Source of the DNA: a virus
Lineage: Duplodnaviria; Caudoviricetes
Length of the DNA: 61,750 nucleotides
Direction: 5' to 3' (one strand)
Virus record (IMG/VR): IMGVR_UViG_3300025168_000086
Location: 1 to 61,750 of that record
Each line of letters starts with the position of its first letter. Position 1 is the first letter of the stretch. This document shows, piece by piece, positions 29,218-37,340 of the stretch. The translations under genes were made by a program, and so were the position numbers. The notes under the pieces are model-generated. The model did not search any database, had not been told where the DNA came from, and saw only the letters and a list, made by a program, of their open reading frames with translations.

Positions 29218-29507
29218 AACCTAAAACATATGCCGGAGATAACACCAGCAAGACATTTACTTTTGCACTTCTAGTTGGATGGGGATTAACTTTAGCAACT
29301 GTAATATGGCAAGTCGCTGTAAAAGATGCTAATTATTCACTACGTCTAAGCACAATTGAATCAGAACTGACGAACTTAGATGACAGGCTAGATACCGCCG
29401 AGGAGTTTAGAATAACTCTCGCATCAAACTTAGCGGAAATTAAAACTGATTTGGTTTGGATAAGAAAAGAACTACAAGAAATGTCCAACAGAGAGCACTC
29501 AAGATGA
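29202..29507 (+). CDS. single-TM coiled-coil protein
   Basis: FALLVGWGLTLATVIW then heptad repeats. Confidence 0.7.
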   Translation: MSEEMKPKTYAGDNTSKTFTFALLVGWGLTLATVIWQVAVKDANYSLRLSTIESELTNLDDRLDTAEEFRITLASNLAEIKTDLVWIRKELQEMSNREHSR

Positions 29508-30283
29508 AACCTAAATCATACCAAAAAACCGTAACTGAGTTAGTAGAAAACGATGTATTTACATCAGAAAATTCTATATTTCAGTTTGTTTCTTTAGAAG
29601 AAATTTCAAAAAACTTCTGTCAAATAAACACAATCAATGAAAGTAGAGAAAAAGAATCACTACGAATGAGGCGAGACGAGATTGTAAGTGTCTCCGTTAA
29701 TATCAGTGAAGCTGAATATAAAGGTAAATCAGTATCTCTCAATAAACCGTTTAGACAGTCTGGTGGGAAAAAGAAATTTGGTGTGTATGTTCGCAACCAA
29801 AAGGGTAACATAATTAAAGTTTCTTTTGGTGATCCAAATATGGAAATTAAACGTGACGATCCAGAGAGAAGAAAAAACTTCCGTGCAAGACATAACTGCG
29901 CAGAAAAGAAAGACAAAACAAAAGCTGGATATTGGAGTTGTCGTCAGTGGAGAGCCGGAAGTAAAGTAGAAGATTCATATGATCCACAAGGTAGTATGTT
30001 GAGTGAAAGAAAGCTCAGTAAAGGTGAAAAAGAAAAACGAGATAATCTGGCTAAAGAACTATTGGACAAGGGTGATTTAAATCCATCGCGAGGATCAGAG
30101 TCTGATATGGCATATGCTATTGCAACAATAAGGGCAAAGGGTGAAAATCCAAAGGCTCGTGGTAAGAACAAAGATAAGGGTAAAAAAAGAAAATCAAAAA
30201 ATGAACAAGTTGATAATTACCTAAATAACAATAGACTAAACAATCTAAACGAAATAACTCGTTACAGGAGAGAAGATAAATGA
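29504..30283 (+). CDS. DUF6321-like conserved T4-like phage protein
   Basis: AEYKGKSVSLNKP, KVSFGDPNM, RRKNFRARHNC, YWSCRQW. Confidence 0.75.
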   Translation: MKPKSYQKTVTELVENDVFTSENSIFQFVSLEEISKNFCQINTINESREKESLRMRRDEIVSVSVNISEAEYKGKSVSLNKPFRQSGGKKKFGVYVRNQKGNIIKVSFGDPNMEIKRDDPERRKNFRARHNCAEKKDKTKAGYWSCRQWRAGSKVEDSYDPQGSMLSERKLSKGEKEKRDNLAKELLDKGDLNPSRGSESDMAYAIATIRAKGENPKARGKNKDKGKKRKSKNEQVDNYLNNNRLNNLNEITRYRREDK

Positions 30284-30840
30284 AAAATTTTAAAGAACTC
30301 ACCAAATCCTTAAATCTCCACGAAATGGAGTATACTGAGGGTGGTGCTCTAGGTGGAAGTCCATCCGCACTAGGTGGCGGACACTCAATCCATAGTGACG
30401 AGGGTGTGCATAGAGTTGATCTCGCTAGTCAGAGAAAAAGAATTGGTGCATTCCTAACTGCATTTGGAAGAAAAGAGTATCTTGATCCCAAAGCAGCTAT
30501 TGGTATTATGAGATCTAAGCTAAACATTATAGGCTTAGACTTTGATTTTAATCCACAAAAATCAAAGTGTGAAGTAGCGGCAGAAACTGGTGAACCATTG
30601 ACATACAGACTCACTCGTTTTGGTGGTGTCTTTGGTACATCACCAGATCATGATTTATTAAAAAATGGATTCATCAATTCAGATGGTATTTCAGATGCAA
30701 GGAACGGTGTTGGTTTAAATTTAATTATTGGAATAGTCGAAACTCCAAATGGTTTATTTAAACTTGATGTAAACATCGAAGATGTAGTAAATGAAACCGA
30801 AGAAGATGACGACGAGGTGAATCCAGAAGAAGAGGAATGA
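30280..30840 (+). CDS. conserved hypothetical T4-like protein
   Basis: ORF with AGGAG RBS; LTRFGGVFG motif. Confidence 0.7.
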   Translation: MKNFKELTKSLNLHEMEYTEGGALGGSPSALGGGHSIHSDEGVHRVDLASQRKRIGAFLTAFGRKEYLDPKAAIGIMRSKLNIIGLDFDFNPQKSKCEVAAETGEPLTYRLTRFGGVFGTSPDHDLLKNGFINSDGISDARNGVGLNLIIGIVETPNGLFKLDVNIEDVVNETEEDDDEVNPEEEE

Positions 30841-30846
30841 TCTTGC

Positions 30847-31236
30847 ATGTTAAGTGAACCTCTTAAAGAGGAAAATTATGATTTTTTTGTGCGTGAAATG
30901 TATGACAATCCTGCCTGTGAAAGTGAAACTGAATTTCAAGAGGATTTGAATAGAGTAAAATACATTAAGAGATTATTTAGTAGGTTTGAAAAAACAGGAG
31001 AGTTGAAAATAAGACTCATACTAAATCACATAATCATATTAAATAATGTTTTTAAATATGGATCATGCACAAGATTACTCTTCTACAAATTAGATGATGA
31101 ATATTATGGGATGCTAAAAAGCTTTTTAGGTTACTTAAACTTAATGCCAATGAACATACCAGAGATAGACTTAGAAATAATATTAAGTGATCACAGAATA
31201 GACATTCAACTAAAGGAACTGATATGCAAAGACTAA
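30847..31236 (+). CDS. conserved T4-like phage protein (DUF7207-like)
   Basis: YDNP..EFQEDLNRVKYIKRLF..LILNHII.LNNVF. Confidence 0.75.
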   Translation: MLSEPLKEENYDFFVREMYDNPACESETEFQEDLNRVKYIKRLFSRFEKTGELKIRLILNHIIILNNVFKYGSCTRLLFYKLDDEYYGMLKSFLGYLNLMPMNIPEIDLEIILSDHRIDIQLKELICKD

Positions 31237-31784
31237 ACGAAAATTTATCTGGATCTGAACTAATAAATGCGTTTACCCTATACACATTTGTACAGGAATT
31301 AACTACTCCATTTATACAAACAGAAGCATACAGGCAAGGTTTAATTGATCAAAATGGGGATCTTCTTAAAAAATACTCAAGCTTAACCATGCAAGAAAAG
31401 TTAGTAATAACACCATTCAAAAAGTTAGTATTCAAAATAAAACAACTTTTTGAAATGATTCCAAATCCAGCAGTAAGCTACAATTTGAAGAGCTTTACAA
31501 CAGCCCTAAAACTATTATCAGAAGAAGGCGAACAAGTTGGAGCAGATAAAGACTACATCTATGAAAACGTAAAATCAATTATGTTTTCCCTGAAGGAAGA
31601 TGCTGGTGCTGCCAGTGGAGTAGCTACAAACTCAATGGGAGCAGGAGCATTTGGTGCTGGTCCAGACGTTGGTATTTCATCTAGAAGTGATGCAATTCAG
31701 GGGGTTGACATTCCTCTTGGTATGACAAGACGGGACTTCTTAAAAAGAAGAAAAAAGAAGAAGAAAAGAAAAAATAAGAAATAA
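31224..31784 (+). CDS. conserved T4-like phage protein
   Basis: LTTPF..TEAY..GLIDQNG motif; basic C-terminus. Confidence 0.7.
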   Translation: MQRLNENLSGSELINAFTLYTFVQELTTPFIQTEAYRQGLIDQNGDLLKKYSSLTMQEKLVITPFKKLVFKIKQLFEMIPNPAVSYNLKSFTTALKLLSEEGEQVGADKDYIYENVKSIMFSLKEDAGAASGVATNSMGAGAFGAGPDVGISSRSDAIQGVDIPLGMTRRDFLKRRKKKKKRKNKK

Positions 31785-32233
31785 TGGAGTTCCTAACAGT
31801 AGAATTTATATCATTGATTGGTAGTAGTCTTATTGGATTTCTTTTTCGTTCAAATGCAGAACGACGTAAAGAGCAAGCAGAAGTATTCAACCGCATCCTA
31901 GATGCGAACAAAGTCACAAACGAAAATCACAACGCTGCTACTGAAAGAGTCACTATTTCTGCTGGTAAGTGGGTAAGAAGGGGGATAGTTATAACTATCC
32001 TTTTTGGAACTATAATAGCACCATTCATACTACCATTCTTTGAAATACCTACCGTGATTGAGATCGAAGAGACTAAGCGGCAGTGGTGGGATATATTTGG
32101 TCTAGCAGGAACATATACAACAACAACAATAGAACCAATTGATGGTTACTTACTTCTCAAGGAGAACAGACAGATACTAATCAGTATTGTTGGTTTCTAT
32201 TTTGGTAACGCAGTGGCGGCAAATAAAGCATGA
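31784..32233 (+). CDS. multi-TM membrane protein (holin-like)
   Basis: Hydrophobic segments, WVRR before a TM, C-terminal IVGFYFG. Confidence 0.55.
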   Translation: MEFLTVEFISLIGSSLIGFLFRSNAERRKEQAEVFNRILDANKVTNENHNAATERVTISAGKWVRRGIVITILFGTIIAPFILPFFEIPTVIEIEETKRQWWDIFGLAGTYTTTTIEPIDGYLLLKENRQILISIVGFYFGNAVAANKA

Positions 32234-32442
32234 AATACTTATTCACACTAATAATAATGAATCTCGTTGCATGTCAGACTGGTCATGTAATCAATAATGC
32301 GAAACCAAAAGTGGGCAACGGAGAAACTCTGCCAGATCCCACAATCCCAACAGACATTTCTGTCTGGACATGGCTTCCTTGGTATATTGTTGCTGTTATT
32401 ATTTTGATAATAATTACAATAAAAATGTGGAAAGAACGTTAA
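32230..32442 (+). CDS. small lipoprotein with C-terminal TM (u-spanin-like architecture)
   Basis: Lipobox LVAC at residue 15; C-terminal TM WYIVAVIILIIITI then KMWKER. Confidence 0.55.
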   Translation: MKYLFTLIIMNLVACQTGHVINNAKPKVGNGETLPDPTIPTDISVWTWLPWYIVAVIILIIITIKMWKER

Positions 32443-32481
32443 TTTAGATATAGATATATTAAACAATTAAAAGTAAAGGAT

Positions 32482-34353
32482 ATGCTAACCATGACATACA
32501 AACCAGAAAACGAAGCCGCAATTGCATATTGGACAAGACCACAGTACATTGACGTAAGTGGTAAGACGAAAATCGGCGTAGCAGCATACGCACTCGAAGG
32601 AATCGAGAAAGTAGAATTCTATCTACATGATGCAGAGAAGATCCCAACACAACTCAGTGGAGATTTTAATCTAGACGGTAAAGTAAACGTCGGAGATTTG
32701 AACTATATCCTCGCAAACTGGGGAACCGTTGGACCAAGAGATCTTGTAAAGGTGCTCTCCAACTGGGGTGCAAAACAAGAATACTCAAACATTCTTGGCA
32801 TTGCTACAGAAGAACGTCTCAACGAAGAGACTGGTGAACTCGAATGGTTCTTTGAATTCAATCCTGTACAGTTCAAGCACGGAGAGCGACTTCGCATCAG
32901 TGCAAAGGTCTACCCCAAGGTTGGCATTCCCCTTGAATTAAAGGGTTCATTCCTCGACTACCCATCAATCTGTGGACTCGATGTATTCCCAAACAACCAG
33001 ACATGGGGACCAGACTATGATCCCGCATTCTATGTAAGTGGCAAGGGTAACGACGAGACTGGTGATGGTTCCAGAGAGAATCCATTTGCTACGATTCATA
33101 AAGCAGCGTACCATGGTCTTGTTAAGGGTGACACCAACGCAGGGCGTGTCATCAAACTACTCGAAGGTGAACATAAACTTGCATCGAACAGCGAAGACCG
33201 TGATCTTCGAAGTGTAAACTCGTCTGGTATGAAAGACGATCAGTGGGTGACAATTGAAGCCGCAGTTAAGGCAGATCTATGTCCTATCGTCGGACAGCAT
33301 AACGGCACATGGAAGTGTAAACTCTACTTCAAAAATGTCCACATCGTACCCGATACAGTAGAAGATGGTGATGGCATACTCAACGGTGGAAGACAAAGCA
33401 TGTACTGTTTCGACAACTGCTTGATCGAAGGAAAGACTAGAGAGCAAGGCAGTGAAATGACAAAGAGTGGACCGCATATCTTCTCGATCGGTTCTACATG
33501 GAAGCGACACTTCCAACCCGCAATGCGTATCGTTGACATCCAGTCACACTATGATCTGTGTCTCGGTGATATTATCCTCACTGGTTATTCTCATCTTGTG
33601 TCGAATCTATCGACATCTCGTCACGGTTGGCATCTCGATGACGATGGTACACCACCACCAAAGAGTGGAGTCCATGTAGACTTGGTCCAGACTCACACTG
33701 GTGGTAAAAATGATACCAAAATTGTTCAGGAGAACATCATCATTCGGTATGTTACTGAGTGGGATCGAAATGGTGGACAACAATTGTTCGGTTCGTTCGG
33801 AAGAAACGATCTAGAGGAATCTGAATTCAGAAACTTTGCGTTCGTAGGAAACCGAATCGCTCAGTGGGCAGGTATCGATGACGAGAACTACCCCGGAGTT
33901 AGACGTGAAGATGGTAGTCTTGTCGTTGGACGAGCAAGAATGTTTGCATGGGGTGTACACAACACTCGCAACTGCTTGTTCCAAGACAACATCATGTTCG
34001 GTAAAGGTAACTGGAACGGTATTGAAACCAAGAACAAGTACACAGGAGAAGAAGTCGAAGTCCAATACCCATTTGAAAATGGTTACGGATCTCCCATGTA
34101 CACCAACGTCATGTGGCGAGACAATTATCGTACACCAGATAAGGAAGAGTATTTCATGCCGACTCCAGATGCTACATCAGGACAGGGAAGTGGTACACCG
34201 GAGGAACTTCGATTCGATCCGGAAACGATGACCTTGCCTTGGACGAGTCCTGCTACGGGTGTTCACTATGAAGGAGATGCATCTAAGTTAGCAAGTCACA
34301 AATGGAATGACTACGCCAACAACGATGATATACTAGAGAAGTGGGATAAGTAA
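32482..34353 (+). CDS. beta-helix (DUF1565-like) protein with dockerin-like insert
   Basis: GDFNLDGKVNVGDLNYILANWG; FYVSGKGNDETGDGSRENPFATI; paralog of 4909..8238. Confidence 0.7.
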   Translation: MLTMTYKPENEAAIAYWTRPQYIDVSGKTKIGVAAYALEGIEKVEFYLHDAEKIPTQLSGDFNLDGKVNVGDLNYILANWGTVGPRDLVKVLSNWGAKQEYSNILGIATEERLNEETGELEWFFEFNPVQFKHGERLRISAKVYPKVGIPLELKGSFLDYPSICGLDVFPNNQTWGPDYDPAFYVSGKGNDETGDGSRENPFATIHKAAYHGLVKGDTNAGRVIKLLEGEHKLASNSEDRDLRSVNSSGMKDDQWVTIEAAVKADLCPIVGQHNGTWKCKLYFKNVHIVPDTVEDGDGILNGGRQSMYCFDNCLIEGKTREQGSEMTKSGPHIFSIGSTWKRHFQPAMRIVDIQSHYDLCLGDIILTGYSHLVSNLSTSRHGWHLDDDGTPPPKSGVHVDLVQTHTGGKNDTKIVQENIIIRYVTEWDRNGGQQLFGSFGRNDLEESEFRNFAFVGNRIAQWAGIDDENYPGVRREDGSLVVGRARMFAWGVHNTRNCLFQDNIMFGKGNWNGIETKNKYTGEEVEVQYPFENGYGSPMYTNVMWRDNYRTPDKEEYFMPTPDATSGQGSGTPEELRFDPETMTLPWTSPATGVHYEGDASKLASHKWNDYANNDDILEKWDK

Positions 34354-34371
34354 AATTTAAACACTTTACAG

Positions 34372-34408
34372 AAACACCGGTTGGGGGACATCTCCAACCG
34401 GTGTTTTT
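34372..34408 (+). terminator. Rho-independent terminator
   Basis: AAACACCGGTTGG/CCAACCGGTGTTT stem with T-tract. Confidence 0.85.
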
Positions 34409-34462
34409 AATTAATAAAATACAAAATTTATACAAAAAATAGCATATTTAGCCATATATACT

Positions 34463-35221
34463 ATGATGTCAAAAAACAAACTAGTAGCATATGCAGTGAG
34501 CTTGCTAGTCGTCATGAACCAACTCTCAGGCTGTTCTACATTAGAAAAGTCTTCACAAAAACCCACAGAAAATCAAACAGAATCACCACCAGAATTTAAA
34601 CCATTCATCCCTCTTGATGATAATGCGTTTGGTTTTGTAGGATCTCTACGTCGTTCAACAGGTAAAGTTCTAGGTTCCGCTGTTCTGATAGAAACAAATG
34701 TTGCACTTACTGCGGCGCACTGTTTAATTGATACCGATATTTCATACGTAGAATTTGCTGGGAAAAACTACCCAATCGACTACACCATATGCTACGAAGA
34801 CGGAACACATATAAACCACGACATTGGGTTAGTATTTCTAACAGAAAATGTTATTGGAGTTAATCCAGTTAGCAGAATTGATGACGTTATTAGTAGCATA
34901 AAAAAATGGGATTATGTTACAACAATTGGCTACTCTAGGGGATTTAAAAAGGCATCGTCACTCAGCACATTTCGATACTACGGTGTTCTATACAACGAAG
35001 AAAATCAAATCAAGATGCTACCACATAATGGGAGTATCTGGTTTGGTGACTCTGGTGGTGGTTTATTTTGGTTTGGTCCCAAAGGATTTCAATTAATAGG
35101 AATCCTAATCAGCTTTTCACAGATTGACGGAACAATCATAGAAAATTCATCTACTCGTGTTGATTGTTATCAAAATTGGATAGATCACGAAATAGAGAAG
35201 AATAAAGAATTAAATTCTTAA
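34463..35221 (+). CDS. trypsin-like (S1) serine protease, lipoprotein
   Basis: LTAAHC, HDIGL, GDSGG triad motifs; lipobox LSGC. Confidence 0.88.
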   Translation: MMSKNKLVAYAVSLLVVMNQLSGCSTLEKSSQKPTENQTESPPEFKPFIPLDDNAFGFVGSLRRSTGKVLGSAVLIETNVALTAAHCLIDTDISYVEFAGKNYPIDYTICYEDGTHINHDIGLVFLTENVIGVNPVSRIDDVISSIKKWDYVTTIGYSRGFKKASSLSTFRYYGVLYNEENQIKMLPHNGSIWFGDSGGGLFWFGPKGFQLIGILISFSQIDGTIIENSSTRVDCYQNWIDHEIEKNKELNS

Positions 35222-35784
35222 ATCATAGTATATTTTATATTATCATATAAACACTTACAAACAAAATACGCATCAACAATATCTGATACGGGGTTAGTTA
35301 CGCCTGTTTTGTCTGGAGTTATAATTTTAGCTAGATTATGAGTTGTTTCCCGGTGAAAAGCACTGTGCATGTCAGCTTTATTTGCATTACCTTTCCCACA
35401 AGCTCTCTTCTTAACTTCAGACGGAGTTATAACTTCTACTGGAATATTATTCTGAAAGAATTTATATTTTAGTATGCCAGTATTTTCTGCAATATGGAAT
35501 ACTCTACCCTTTGCACCATAGGCATATCCCTCTAAACCAACTTGATCACAACCATAGCAAACATCGGCTGCCCATGCGGAAATTGTATCATATCGTTCAC
35601 AGTCGTGATTATATTCTTCAAAAACACTACCATGTATATTTGACAAAAAAGTCTTTGCATATTTTTTAGTATCTGTAAGATAGTAAAATTTACATTTATT
35701 AAAAGAGAAAGTATCGGTAATTTCTCCCCTATAAACACAAATTGCTGGACCACACAATGAATAATCGATTCCGGCTATTAACAT
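35218..35784 (-). CDS. RuvC-like Holliday junction resolvase
   Basis: GIDYS, LEGYAYG, PSEVKK..GKGNANK, DIVDAY. Confidence 0.8.
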   Translation of the reverse strand: MLIAGIDYSLCGPAICVYRGEITDTFSFNKCKFYYLTDTKKYAKTFLSNIHGSVFEEYNHDCERYDTISAWAADVCYGCDQVGLEGYAYGAKGRVFHIAENTGILKYKFFQNNIPVEVITPSEVKKRACGKGNANKADMHSAFHRETTHNLAKIITPDKTGVTNPVSDIVDAYFVCKCLYDNIKYTMI

Positions 35785-35840
35785 AATTTTTCCTTCTAAG
35801 TAGTTATATTAAATAAATACATCAAAAGAGGAGAAATAAA

Positions 35841-35915
35841 ATGCCAGTAATTAATATCACTAGAAAAAGTATTCGGTACAAAATAAAGAACATCAAGAGA
35901 GTATATTCGTATTAA
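35841..35915 (+). CDS. 24-aa basic peptide MPVINITRKSIRYKIKNIKRVYSY
   Basis: AATAAATA late-like promoter (35812) and GAGGAG RBS; translated by hand. Confidence 0.5.
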   Translation: MPVINITRKSIRYKIKNIKRVYSY

Positions 35916-35947
35916 AAATAACAAGAGGGGACTAACGTCCCCTCTTG
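35914..35947 (-). terminator. terminator for the porin transcript (possibly bidirectional)
   Basis: CAAGAGGGGAC/GTCCCCTCTTG stem; TTATTTTT follows on the minus strand. Confidence 0.85.
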
Positions 35948-35969
35948 CACACGGATAGAGGGTGATCCA
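35947..35969. repeat. 23-nt element 22/23 identical to 26187-26209
   Basis: GCACACGGATAG(A/G)GGGTGATCCA. Confidence 0.9.
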
Positions 35970-35997
35970 ACCCCCCAGTATAATATAACTTTATATA

Positions 35998-37026
35998 TTA
36001 AAAGCTAACAGTCAACATGCTCTTGATGAGATACTGTCCGTCAGTGGTGGAAGTTTCCCATCCAGTATTGGTAAGATCATACCCAGAATCGACTGCGTTT
36101 AGCGCATACCCGAAAGAGTTGGTCCACCTTACATTGGAATTAAAGATAACATTCGCACCAATAGTAGCGAGATTTAGATCCGAATTGACGCCATCCATGA
36201 CACCATATTCGTACTGACCAAATAGCTGTACGTCATGGCTAAGAAGATAGCTGGCAGTACCAACGACAGAATAATTACTCCAACTGTCGTTGACTCGGTT
36301 CGACGCAACATAAGCAGCATCAAACTTAAATTCGCCACACTCTACACCAGCATCAAACGTAAAGCTATCGTAACTATCGGTAGCAGTCTGTTCGTTTGCA
36401 AATGCACCACCAAGAGTGATGTTCTCAAAACCATCATATTCTACGCGTCCACTAAGTCCGTAGTCATTGTCACCAAAGCTACTGTTGTCAGTGTTAAAAC
36501 CATCATTGTATGATGCGTAGAAAGAAAAATCATCGAAGCTCTTGCTGACTTCGATACCCTGTGACCAACCTTGGCCATATGTGAGGGCTGTGACAGTATA
36601 GTCACCAGTGACAAGCGTGGTTGGATCAGAGACGTACCCGCTATAGAAGCTGGTAACGAACTGCCCCGCCTTCACATCAAAACCACCGATGTTCTTACTG
36701 AGGAAAGCATCCTTCAGTACAAACTCGGTGTCACTCCACTGACCACTTACTCCATAGTCAAATCCATAAACCTCACCCGAAAAGGCAATTCGAGCACGAT
36801 CAATGTCAAATCCCCGAGTTGTTTCGTTTGATCCACCAGCGTTCCATAGATAACGGAACTGAATGAAACCAGAAACATCCACGGTGACGGGAGATTCTTC
36901 AGACTTGAGACTCATGTGAGTCATCGAGTCTTCGCGAACACCCATGATAAGCTCATGGACATTTACGTTTTCGGCTGCACCAGTCATAAGAGGTGCAGAA
37001 AGAAGTACTGTTGCGATATTAATCAT
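35998..37026 (-). CDS. outer-membrane porin (OprO/OprP-like beta-barrel)
   Basis: Signal-like N-terminus, SGFIQFRY..GFDIDRARIAFSG, LKDAF..KAGQF, amphipathic strands, terminal Phe (LTVSF). Confidence 0.8.
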   Translation of the reverse strand: MINIATVLLSAPLMTGAAENVNVHELIMGVREDSMTHMSLKSEESPVTVDVSGFIQFRYLWNAGGSNETTRGFDIDRARIAFSGEVYGFDYGVSGQWSDTEFVLKDAFLSKNIGGFDVKAGQFVTSFYSGYVSDPTTLVTGDYTVTALTYGQGWSQGIEVSKSFDDFSFYASYNDGFNTDNSSFGDNDYGLSGRVEYDGFENITLGGAFANEQTATDSYDSFTFDAGVECGEFKFDAAYVASNRVNDSWSNYSVVGTASYLLSHDVQLFGQYEYGVMDGVNSDLNLATIGANVIFNSNVRWTNSFGYALNAVDSGYDLTNTGWETSTTDGQYLIKSMLTVSF

Positions 37027-37047
37027 AGTAGATCTCCTTTAGTGGCT

Positions 37048-37242
37048 TCAGCCACCCCAAGTAGTAACTGAGTCCCAGATGGTTGCGATCGCATCTCGGA
37101 ACCAGAGGACACCATCCCATGCGAATGGGACAAGGGCGAGACTGATGAGGAGGGATCGGGTAATTCCAATCTTTCCAAGCCAGCTCTGTACAAAATCTTT
37201 ACCGCAACCTGCGGCGGGGCAATCTCCAGTAGTTTTACTCAT
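37048..37242 (-). CDS. small membrane-associated protein
   Basis: AGGAG RBS; CPAAGCG then hydrophobic helix. Confidence 0.65.
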   Translation of the reverse strand: MSKTTGDCPAAGCGKDFVQSWLGKIGITRSLLISLALVPFAWDGVLWFRDAIATIWDSVTTWGG

Positions 37243-37311
37243 AGGTTTCTCCTTGTATAAGAGTATAATGTGTCCATGCTCCGACGAACACACTGGATTA
37301 ATAAAAGTTCT

Positions 37312-37340
37312 ATTGTATCATGAATTAGTTGTTAAGTCAA
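37312..37340 (-). promoter_or_regulatory. sigma70-type promoter for small ORF plus porin
   Basis: TTGACT-17 nt-TACAAT with TGn. Confidence 0.7.

Noticed and set aside
35947-35978. 16S rRNA gene fragment
   Set aside because: Similarity is limited to about 12-17 nt of the 3' tip; helix 45 and upstream rRNA sequence are absent
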